From Candidatus Kapaibacterium thiocyanatum (GTDB lineage: Bacteria > Bacteroidota > Ignavibacteria > Kapaibacteriales > Kapaibacteriaceae): DNA of 64,000 bases. The position numbers and the translations under genes were made by a program. Shown piece after piece: positions 16,754 through 25,254 of the stretch. Under the pieces are notes generated by a model, which searched no databases, was not told where the DNA came from, and saw only the letters and a list, made by a program, of their open reading frames with translations. The stretch covers positions 309,735 to 373,734 of the forward strand of contig MKVH01000003.1 in the NCBI GenBank assembly GCA_001899175.1, in the 5' to 3' direction. The stretch's first letter is position 1, and every line of letters starts with the position of its first letter.

Positions 16754-18892
16754 TCAGTCGAACCGTAACGCTGCCTGGAAGAAGAACTGTCGTCCGACGA
16801 GTCCCGGGATCAACGTCGGATTCATGATGTCGAACAGATTGTTCGCGCCGGTCGAAAGGGAGACCGACGTATGGTCGGTGAACGTGAACGTATGCGTCAC
16901 GGCGGCATTCACCATGGTATATCCTGGAACGTATTCATCCTCACGGTCGAGAACCTTGCGCGGGGGATCGCTCATCACGAAGCCGTTCTTGTCGAGGGCT
17001 TCGTCCCCGTATCGCCCGACGAACTGACATCGCAGGCTGGCGCTCCATGCACGTTCTGGTGAGTTGTAGAGCAGCCGCAACGTTCCGCTGTGATGCGAGC
17101 GCATCCACAGTCCGTCGTAGTCGGCCCGTGTGAGCGGTTTGTCGATGGTGCCGGCGAGTCCCCTGTCGATGGCATCCAGTACTTCACGGTCCTTGGCATC
17201 GAGGTACTGATAGCCTCCGCCGAGGGTGAAGGAGCCGACTTCGTCGATGACGAGAACGCTATTGAGATTGATTTCGATACCCTGCGTATAGACGCGCGAA
17301 AGATTCCGGTACGAATAGACGGCACGGTTGTCGACGCGGCCGGCGAGATAGTATTCGATGAGATTGTGAAGATCGTTATGGAATCCGCGAATCTCCGCGG
17401 CGAGAAGCAGCGTGTGATCCGCATCGATCCTGAACTCCACATCGTCGTAGCGGAATCCAAGATCGTAGGAGATGCTGCGCTCGGGCTGAAGATGTATGCC
17501 GAGCCTGGCTGCACCGATGAGATCGTATCCTGCACCGGGCAGACGATTCGAGAACGAGACGAAGAGCTGGCGGAAGTCGGGTGCCTTGAAGCCTGTGCCC
17601 ACGCTCCCGCTGACGCGGAAGTGATCGTCCGGTTTCCACAGCACGGACAGGCGTGGACTCAGCGCCGCACCATAGACGTTGTTGTCGTCGAACCGCGCGC
17701 TGAGCACGTAGGATATCCAGTCCGTCGGCATACCTTCCCATTGCGTGAACGCGACGCCGGTGCGGTAGAACGGACGGTATCCCGGTGTGAGCGAATCGTG
17801 ATAGCGTGAACCGCCTACGTCGTCGTACAGGAACTCACCGCCGACGGTCATACGATTGCTCGAGCCGAAGAGAAGGTCGTACTGTGCGTACAGGCGTGCA
17901 TTCCGTCGTATGAGATCGTCGACCGTACCGCGATCGCCCTGTGCGACGTCGAAGTTGTAGCGTTCCTGATAGACGGCGGCATAGGCGTTCGTGGTGAGGC
18001 GAGCTCGACCCGACTGCCATTCCGTACCGACCGTTCCCGAAACGTCCCACTGCGTGACGCTGCCCGAGTTCTCGGCGACTTGACCGAAGACGCTCTCGAC
18101 GAACGTGCCTCGCGTCTGCGTTCCGAACAGACGCAGGGTGCCCCTGGCCTTCCATCCTTTCGCGAAGGACCATTGGGCCTTGGCATGCAGGGTGCCGTCC
18201 TGATACGCCGAATAAGGAATCGAAAGAGTGTCCCGCTGCAGCGAGAACGACGGCGCGTTCTTGTAGTTGACGTAGGCCGACGCTTCGACTTCGTCGCTTC
18301 CCCAGCCCGTTTCCATCTGCACTTCGGCGGGGCCGCGGTTCAGGTACTGGGAATAGAGGCGGCCCGTCCATCCGTCCGCCGCCCTGCGCGTGATGATGTT
18401 GATCACACCGGCAAGGGCTTCGCTGCCGTACATGCTACTCATCGGGCCCTTCACCACTTCGACGCGGTCGATGTTGCCGACGCTGATACGCGAGAGGTCG
18501 AGGACGCCTGCTACGCGACCGACCATCGGTTGGCCATCGATGAGGATCATCGTATAGTCCGGACCGAGGCCGTTCATCTGTACGCCGGTGCGGATCCCTC
18601 CGTTCATCAGCAGGCCCGTCTGTTCCTTGAGCAGATCGGCGAGCGTCACCATCGCCGTCGTGCGTATACGTTCCTGGCCGATGACTTCGACCCGCACGGG
18701 AGAGTCCTTGAGATGGACTTCGTTGCGTGTGCCGGTGACGACGATCTGCTGTTTCGTGACGGTACGGATGCTGTCGATCACACGGCGTGTCGTCGTGGAG
18801 TCGCGGCTATCGTTCCGTGCCGATGCGCGGCCGGTCGTGGCGATGCTGATAAGGCAGACGGCGGTGAGGAGGAGCGGTATTCGCGGGAACAT
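16754..18892 (-). CDS. TonB-dependent outer-membrane receptor
   Basis: Signal peptide. Plug domain (IVVTGTRNEVHLKDSPVRVEVIGQERI, ILIDGQPMVGR, IDRVEVVKGPMSSMYGSEALAGVINIITR). About 22-strand barrel length, ending ...FFFQAALRFD. Confidence 0.9.
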   Translation of the reverse strand: MFPRIPLLLTAVCLISIATTGRASARNDSRDSTTTRRVIDSIRTVTKQQIVVTGTRNEVHLKDSPVRVEVIGQERIRTTAMVTLADLLKEQTGLLMNGGIRTGVQMNGLGPDYTMILIDGQPMVGRVAGVLDLSRISVGNIDRVEVVKGPMSSMYGSEALAGVINIITRRAADGWTGRLYSQYLNRGPAEVQMETGWGSDEVEASAYVNYKNAPSFSLQRDTLSIPYSAYQDGTLHAKAQWSFAKGWKARGTLRLFGTQTRGTFVESVFGQVAENSGSVTQWDVSGTVGTEWQSGRARLTTNAYAAVYQERYNFDVAQGDRGTVDDLIRRNARLYAQYDLLFGSSNRMTVGGEFLYDDVGGSRYHDSLTPGYRPFYRTGVAFTQWEGMPTDWISYVLSARFDDNNVYGAALSPRLSVLWKPDDHFRVSGSVGTGFKAPDFRQLFVSFSNRLPGAGYDLIGAARLGIHLQPERSISYDLGFRYDDVEFRIDADHTLLLAAEIRGFHNDLHNLIEYYLAGRVDNRAVYSYRNLSRVYTQGIEINLNSVLVIDEVGSFTLGGGYQYLDAKDREVLDAIDRGLAGTIDKPLTRADYDGLWMRSHHSGTLRLLYNSPERAWSASLRCQFVGRYGDEALDKNGFVMSDPPRKVLDREDEYVPGYTMVNAAVTHTFTFTDHTSVSLSTGANNLFDIMNPTLIPGLVGRQFFFQAALRFD

Positions 18893-18921
18893 CCGACAAA
18901 ATTACCGCTCGCGGACCGAAC

Positions 18922-21900
18922 CTAGGGCATGTAGAGGATGGGCGAGGCGTCCGTCCCCGTCGGCCGGTGGAAGACGACGTAGTAGAGGCCGGTCCCGATG
19001 GCCGACATGTCGATCGAAAGGTGGCGGGGCTGCGCGTCGTCAAACGGGCGTTCGAAGTCGCTCTCCCACAGGGTACGCCCTTCGGTACTGACGAGACGGA
19101 GTCCATAGGTTCCGGGCATGGTGCCGCCGATCTCGAGGTCGATGGCCTGGCGTTCGACGCTGGTCTGGATACTCAGGGTGGCATCCATGAAGCGCTTGAG
19201 TGCGCGTCCCCTGATGTTGCAGCCCGATACGAAGAGCATGCCCGGGGTGGACGTGATCTCGGGGCAGGTGATACCCTTCACCAGAATGTCGGCCCAGGTG
19301 AACGGCGTCGTATCGTCCTTGCCCAGGAGCACGATGCCACGGATCTCGGTCAGCTTCTGTCGGGGGGCCAGCAGGACGACATTGGCGATTTCGAGGTACG
19401 TGATGCGGATTCCGTCATCGAGGCGGAAGCCCGGAACGATCTTGCCACGGTCCGTCGATTCGGGCTTGAAGATGTCGATGTTGTTGTGGATCTCGGCGCG
19501 CAACGTATCGATCGTCATCCCAAGTTGCGAGGGGTCGATGTCGATGAAGATCGGTATGCCCGCATTGATGGAGCCCGCTTCCGCAGTCACCGTACCGAGA
19601 CGCAGGGTGATAGGAGTGTGCGGCCGCACGCTGACGGTGACCGAGCGCGTATCTGTGCATCCGTACTGATCGGTTCCCTGCACGATGTACGTCGTCGTCG
19701 TCGCCGGTGAGGCGATCGGATTGCTGATCGTATGATCGCTCAGGCCGTCGGAAGGAGTCCAGACGTACTTCGTGGCGCCTTCGGCGCGCAGTCGTATGCC
19801 GTCGTTCGCGCAGATCGTCGTGTCGGGTGTGACGGTAAGGTTCAACGACGAGACGAAGACCATGACGGTATCCATGGCCATGCATGATCCGGAGCGGGCC
19901 GTCAGCACGTACATCGTCGTGACCGATGGCCTCGCGATGGGCGAGAGGCTGGTGGGATCGCTCAGGCCCGTCGTCGGGGACCACGAATACGTGGCGGATT
20001 CTCCGAAGGCCGTGAGCTGTACTGCCTGTCCTGCACAGATCGACTTGTCGGTGCCTGCATTGATGGATACCGACGAGCGCACGATGACGGTGACGGAATC
20101 CACGGCGACGCAGTTATTGGCGGACGTAGCCCTGAGGTAGTAGGTCGTCGTTCTGGCCGGTGTCGCCTTCGGCGTCAGCGACGTCGGATCGCTGAGCCCG
20201 GTGACCGGCTGCCACAGTACCGACGTGGCCGTCGTCGTGGCGCTGAGTGCGGCCGTATCGCCCGCACAGATGACGGCATTCTTTCCCGCATCGACCATGG
20301 GTGGATCGAGGACGGTGATCGTGATCTCCGCCTCGGCCTTGCACGAACCGCTCAGGGCCGTCACGCGGTACGTCGTCGTGCGCAGCGGTCTCACGACGGG
20401 TGTGGGCGACGTCGGATCGTCCAGTCCTTCTTCCGGTGTCCATCTGAACGACGAGCCTCCGCCGCTGACGCTGAGGGGAGCCGCCTGGCCTGCGCACATC
20501 GTCGGTGCACCCGAGATGGCGACCCGGAACGTATCGACGACGTTGACACGTACGGTGTCGGAGATCTCGCACGTCGGCGTGATCAGGCGTACGACGTAGT
20601 TCGTGCTGATGGTCGGTGAGGCGACGGGTGCGGGCGACGTCGGATCGTCCAGTCCCTCCGCCGGTGTCCACACGTAGGATGTCGCCCCGTGGGCCGCCAG
20701 ACGTGCACTGCCGCCGCGGCAGATCGTGATGTCGGGACCGGCACCGACGTCCAGGACCCGTACGGTCACACTGGCCGTGTCGGCACAGCCGTGGGCATTC
20801 CGTCCGACGACGATGTAGTGCGTCGTACGCTTCGGTCGGGCCAACGGTCTCGGAGATGCCGGATCGTCCAGTGATTCCCTGGGCGACCATTCGTACGTAT
20901 CGGCTCCGGAGACGCCGAGACGTACGGATGTTCCAGGACAGAGGTCGGCCACGCTGTCGGTCGAGATCGACGGTGGCGGTTGTATGCGTACCAGACGATA
21001 GGTCGTGTCCGAGCCGAACCTGTTGCTGACGACGAGGCGTACGGGATAGAGTCCGGGTTGTGCGTAACAGATGCGGGACGGATTCTTCAGTATGGAGGAT
21101 GCGGGTGTGCCGCCATCGAAGTACCATTCCCACGTATCGATGTTGCCGACGCTCTCGTCCATGAAGCCGAGACACGTGTTCGCGCACGTCGTATCACCCG
21201 TGAAGGACGCGATGGGAGCGTTGCATCCTGCCTGGATCGGATTCGGTGGAACGAGCATCGAGCCGATGACGTTCGGGAGGCCCACCCTGCACTGGCCCGT
21301 CAGGATGACCGCCGAATCGCGGAACCGGATGGAGTCGACGTTCCGTCCCGGACGTTCGATGACTGCGAGGTACGGTTCGCCGGGCCGCGTGGCGTAGATC
21401 CTGCCGTCGGGGCCGAGCTGGAGGGACGTCCACGTCGTCACGTTCGGCAGCGTGAATGCGAGTTTGCGCGAATTCTGGATGTCGGAAGCATCACCGGCGG
21501 CCGTGTTGAACTGATAGACTTCGGCGGGAATCGTATCGCCTCTGTTCGAGACGGAGATGTAGAGTTTTCTGGAATCGCGCGAGAAGGCCGCACCGTAGTG
21601 GGATCCCGCCGTCGACGTCGGGAAGAGATCTATGGCGTTGAGGACCTTGCCGGTGATGGTGTTGAAGTCGTAGAGCTGGGAATTTCCGGCCGCGCTGGTG
21701 ATCACGAGATGACGGCTGTTGGGCGAGATGTGCATCTGCCCGGCGTCGCGTACGGGAAGGTTGGGATTGCCTGCATCGCTGATGACGGGCGTCGTCTGCA
21801 GGCCATCACGCGTCAGCCGGAAACTGAGGAACTGCCGAAAGGTGCGGCTTCGTACCACGATCCAGTAGGAATCGCCGCGACAGTCGATGGTCGCCGTAAG

Positions 21901-22404
21901 ATGTTCCGTGATGTCGGTGGTCAGGAGCTGGTTCCAGCGCACCACCTCGCCGAACGATCCCTGCTTCCGCATGTCGACGACGGAGTAGTAGAGACAGAAG
22001 CAGCGGTTGCCGATGGCCGATGACGTTATCGGAGCCGGATTGAAAATGTAGTAGAGGCTCGAATTGCCGGGTACCGGTACGATGAGCGCGCTCTGACTCG
22101 TCGATGCATCGCCGTACAGACCTTCACCGCCCGGCATGACGTCATGCATGCGGTTCCATACCGTAACGCCATCCGTATAGAAAAGCAGGTCGCCGGTGAC
22201 GGGATCGGACTGCGTCGCACAGCCTTCGTTGGTGCTGAGACGGCCGTCCGACAGGGACTGGGCCGTACCGGAACTGAAGGTCACACCGGCACGGTGACCG
22301 AAATACCAGTTCCACGCTTCGCGTTGGGCGCTGACTGTTGGTGCGAGGCCAAGCAACAGCAGTGTCGTGACAACGAGGTGGCGATATCGTGGGAGAGGGC
22401 GCAT
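18922..22404 (-). CDS. Secreted T9SS cargo: N-terminal propeller-like domain, PKD domain, seven or more Ig-like repeats, CTD
   Basis: Signal peptide (TLLLLGLAPTVSAQ). N-domain W.WYFG..AGVTF...EGCATQSD..GDLLFYTDG..VWN. PKD-like WEWYFDGGTP...GLYPVRLVVSN. Repeats C.G....L.A.GA..Y.W.P..GL.DP.S..P.A.P..TT.Y. Tail GLYYVVFHRPTGTDASPILYMP. Only 29 nt upstream of the TonB receptor gene on the same strand. Confidence 0.85.
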   Translation of the reverse strand: MRPLPRYRHLVVTTLLLLGLAPTVSAQREAWNWYFGHRAGVTFSSGTAQSLSDGRLSTNEGCATQSDPVTGDLLFYTDGVTVWNRMHDVMPGGEGLYGDASTSQSALIVPVPGNSSLYYIFNPAPITSSAIGNRCFCLYYSVVDMRKQGSFGEVVRWNQLLTTDITEHLTATIDCRGDSYWIVVRSRTFRQFLSFRLTRDGLQTTPVISDAGNPNLPVRDAGQMHISPNSRHLVITSAAGNSQLYDFNTITGKVLNAIDLFPTSTAGSHYGAAFSRDSRKLYISVSNRGDTIPAEVYQFNTAAGDASDIQNSRKLAFTLPNVTTWTSLQLGPDGRIYATRPGEPYLAVIERPGRNVDSIRFRDSAVILTGQCRVGLPNVIGSMLVPPNPIQAGCNAPIASFTGDTTCANTCLGFMDESVGNIDTWEWYFDGGTPASSILKNPSRICYAQPGLYPVRLVVSNRFGSDTTYRLVRIQPPPSISTDSVADLCPGTSVRLGVSGADTYEWSPRESLDDPASPRPLARPKRTTHYIVVGRNAHGCADTASVTVRVLDVGAGPDITICRGGSARLAAHGATSYVWTPAEGLDDPTSPAPVASPTISTNYVVRLITPTCEISDTVRVNVVDTFRVAISGAPTMCAGQAAPLSVSGGGSSFRWTPEEGLDDPTSPTPVVRPLRTTTYRVTALSGSCKAEAEITITVLDPPMVDAGKNAVICAGDTAALSATTTATSVLWQPVTGLSDPTSLTPKATPARTTTYYLRATSANNCVAVDSVTVIVRSSVSINAGTDKSICAGQAVQLTAFGESATYSWSPTTGLSDPTSLSPIARPSVTTMYVLTARSGSCMAMDTVMVFVSSLNLTVTPDTTICANDGIRLRAEGATKYVWTPSDGLSDHTISNPIASPATTTTYIVQGTDQYGCTDTRSVTVSVRPHTPITLRLGTVTAEAGSINAGIPIFIDIDPSQLGMTIDTLRAEIHNNIDIFKPESTDRGKIVPGFRLDDGIRITYLEIANVVLLAPRQKLTEIRGIVLLGKDDTTPFTWADILVKGITCPEITSTPGMLFVSGCNIRGRALKRFMDATLSIQTSVERQAIDLEIGGTMPGTYGLRLVSTEGRTLWESDFERPFDDAQPRHLSIDMSAIGTGLYYVVFHRPTGTDASPILYMP

Positions 22405-22520
22405 CGCTCCAGCGTTCTAGCAAGATACAACGTGAAAACGAGTTAGGAACCGAAATAGGTCCCCGGCGTTACCAATTTTTAACCCGTTACCGCATCTGGA
22501 TTTGCGGTAGTTTTGTCCAT

Positions 22521-23246
22521 ATGTCAGCAGACGCGCAGGTCCCCATGGAAAAAAAGATCCTTATCGTCGATGATGAGCAGGATATCGTCGATCTCATCTC
22601 CTATAACCTGAGCAAGGAAGGGTACCGGGTCTTCACGGCCACGAATGGTACCCAGGCCGTGGAACTGGCCGAAAAGGCACAGCCCGACCTGATCATCCTC
22701 GACATCATGATGCCGGGTATGGATGGCTTCGAGGTCTGCCGCACGTTGCGCCAGCATCCCACGACGCAGACCACGTCCATCATGTTCCTGACGGCGAAGT
22801 CCGGCGAGATCGACCAGATTCTCGGCCTCGAACTCGGCGCCGACGACTACATCCAGAAACCGATCTCACCGCGCGTCCTCCTGGCCCGCGTGAAGACGAT
22901 CCTCAGACGCGGAACGGAGAAGGTGCGCACGGAAACGATCGCCGCACCGGAAATCCTGCGCATCGGGGCCATCGAAGTCAATCGCCAGAACTATACCGTC
23001 CGTATCGACAACAAGGAGAGCTTCTTCCCGAAGAAGGAATTCGAACTGCTCGCCTTCCTGGCGTCGAACCGCGGGAAGGTATTCACCCGCGAAGCGTTGT
23101 TGCGCCGCATCTGGGGCGAGAGCGTCTTCGTCATCGATCGCACGGTCGACGTTCACGTTTCCAAGATCCGCGAGAAGCTCGGCAAGTACGGCCCCTTCAT
23201 CGAGACCGTCAAGGGGGTTGGCTACCGCTTCCGCGATCAGATCTAA
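22521..23246 (+). CDS. OmpR/PhoB-family response regulator
   Basis: Receiver domain (KILIVDDEQDIVDLI...DLIILDIMMPGMDGFEV...FLTAK) plus winged-helix output (FTREALLRRIWGESVFVIDRTVDVHVSKIREKL...VKGVGYRF). An alternative start at the MEKKIL ATG (22545) is possible. Confidence 0.95.
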   Translation: MSADAQVPMEKKILIVDDEQDIVDLISYNLSKEGYRVFTATNGTQAVELAEKAQPDLIILDIMMPGMDGFEVCRTLRQHPTTQTTSIMFLTAKSGEIDQILGLELGADDYIQKPISPRVLLARVKTILRRGTEKVRTETIAAPEILRIGAIEVNRQNYTVRIDNKESFFPKKEFELLAFLASNRGKVFTREALLRRIWGESVFVIDRTVDVHVSKIREKLGKYGPFIETVKGVGYRFRDQI

Positions 23247-23258
23247 CGTGCCGACAGC

Positions 23259-24350
23259 ATGAGTATACCGACGCGACGGTCGTCGCTGCATCGACATAGC
23301 TGGTTCTGGTTCCTCCTCGCCCTCGCCGGTGCCCAGGTCATAGGCGTGATCGCCCTCGCCGCACTGGTACCCGACCTGCGCACTCTCCTTACGCCTTCCG
23401 TCGTTATCGTTTACGTCATGATCGTTTCCATCATCGGTACGATCTGTACGTGGGCCTATGCGCATTCGCTCGAGCGTCGTCTGTTACGCCCGCTACGCCA
23501 GATCACGGAAGTGACGCAGGCCATCACGGAAGGCGCCGTGTCCGGTCGTATCGAACTCGCCGGCCCGGCCTTCAGTGACGCCCAGCGCGTGGCCGAGGCC
23601 ATCAACAGACTGGCGGAGAAGGCGATCCGCGACATCGCCGAGATGAAGCGCCTCGAACGCGTACGGAGTGAATTCATCGGCAACGTCTCCCACGAACTGC
23701 GCACGCCGATCTTCAGCGTACAGGGCTATCTGGAAACGCTGCTCGACGGTGCACTGGACGATCCGGCGGTGTCCAGACAGTTCCTCGAGAAGGCCTATTC
23801 GAATGCACTCCGGCTAAATGCACTGCTGAGCGATCTCATCGACATTTCACGGATCGAGAGCGGCGAACTGCGTCTGAGCTTCCGGTACTTCAACATCGGC
23901 GAGCTGCTACGCGATCTCGTCCATACGATGGAAATCCGCGCCGTACAACGTAACGTCACGGTGGAGTTCAAGGAATCGGGGGATCAGGAAGTGATCGTCT
24001 ACGGAGACAAGGAGCGCCTCACGCAGGTGCTGACCAACCTGATCGATAACGCTATCAAGTACAACGTCCCCGAAGGTACCGTCACGGTATCGGCCATCCC
24101 CGATCACGGTCAGGTACGCGTGCGCATCCAGGATACGGGCATCGGTATTCCACCCGAACATCAGGCCCGCGTCTTCGAACGCTTCTATCGTGTCGATCGC
24201 GACCGTTCACGTGCCGTGGGTGGTACGGGCCTGGGCCTCGCCATCGTGAAGCATATCCTGGAAGCCCATCAGGCCCCGGCTCGCGTGCAGAGCGAGGTCG
24301 GCGTCGGAACGTGTATCGAATTCGTCCTCAAGGGGAATGGTGGGGGCTGA
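23259..24350 (+). CDS. Sensor histidine kinase (PhoR-like HisKA plus HATPase_c)
   Basis: Two N-terminal TM segments. H-box FIGNVSHELRTPIFSVQGYLETL, N-box LTNLIDNAIKYN, G-boxes IQDTGIGIP and GGTGLGLAIVKHI. Confidence 0.95.
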   Translation: MSIPTRRSSLHRHSWFWFLLALAGAQVIGVIALAALVPDLRTLLTPSVVIVYVMIVSIIGTICTWAYAHSLERRLLRPLRQITEVTQAITEGAVSGRIELAGPAFSDAQRVAEAINRLAEKAIRDIAEMKRLERVRSEFIGNVSHELRTPIFSVQGYLETLLDGALDDPAVSRQFLEKAYSNALRLNALLSDLIDISRIESGELRLSFRYFNIGELLRDLVHTMEIRAVQRNVTVEFKESGDQEVIVYGDKERLTQVLTNLIDNAIKYNVPEGTVTVSAIPDHGQVRVRIQDTGIGIPPEHQARVFERFYRVDRDRSRAVGGTGLGLAIVKHILEAHQAPARVQSEVGVGTCIEFVLKGNGGG

Positions 24351-24464
24351 GTTCTGCGGGAGAGCATTTCCCGATATGGATCGTCAGGGTGTTACATCGG
24401 GGCGAAGATGACGATCACTGCAACATATCGGCAGAAATGATCCGGCTATCCACCTGGTTATGGA

Positions 24465-25067
24465 TCAATGTACGACCGGTTCATCGACTAGCCTGAAGGT
24501 CTTTGCCATCTCGCTGAAAGCCCCGATGTGCTTCTCTTTCTTGTTCTTCAATGTCCATGCCATGATGCAATACACATTGTCGGTCCCCTCTATGAAGGTG
24601 AGCAGGTAAGAGATGTCAGTCCCGTCCACCCGCGCATCCATCGTGAGCATTTCCGCATCCAGACCATCGATGCGTAGTGATTTCGACGTCGATTGCTCGA
24701 CATTGCTGTAGTGCTCCGTCATCAACTGTAGTTACACATCGCGGTAGTTCTGGGCAACGGAACGTGTGGTGTCGTATTCATCGATGCCTTTGAAGGTGTC
24801 GATGAATGTATCCTTCGATTCGTCGATCACGATGACATACATGCCTTTGAAGATATTGCAGAACTGCAGGGAAGCGTCGTCATTGAGGCCTTTCCTCTCT
24901 TTCATGTGGTCGGGTATGTCGATCGAGTAGTCCCCGTTGATCACGACCTTCCTGGTCTTCGTCACCGTTGCAGTATTCGTTTCCTCGGAAACCTTCCGAT
25001 CGGAACTGCAGGCTGTGAGCGATAACGACAGAAGCATGGAAATGCAGATGGTATACATGTACCTCAT
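24465..25067 (-). pseudogene. Lipoprotein gene in a lower-GC islet, interrupted by one in-frame TAA (or two short ORFs)
   Basis: N-terminal lipobox MLLSLSLTAC. ORFs 24732..25067 and 24465..24725 are in the same frame and separated only by TAA (24732-24734): ...NYRDV*LQLMTEHYS.... Base composition and third-position usage differ visibly from the flanking genes. Confidence 0.45.
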
Positions 25068-25254
25068 ATGGGGAAGCGATGGTTTCGGGTTGAAGGAGAC
25101 GTGTAACGAGCGGAACGTGGCGACGGCTTCCGTGGGTCACGCTTCCGGGGCGCCATCGACCGATGTTCCTTCGTACGCTAACGGAAAGACCTTTCCGAAC
25201 ACGCCTGTCGGAACTATGATCTGATCCTGCTACTGATCGCAGTTCAATCCGGCA

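Noticed and set aside
22508-22515. Bacteroidetes-type -7 promoter boxes (TAnnTTTG): TAGTTTTG at 22508-22515 upstream of the response regulator, and TAACTTTG at 54567-54574 upstream of thrS
   Set aside because: These are single 8-mer matches without a convincing -33 element. I found no matching box upstream of the other genes I checked (the adhesin, catalase and polA starts). It is also unknown whether this SD-using lineage has Bacteroidetes-type promoters. They are noted but not annotated.
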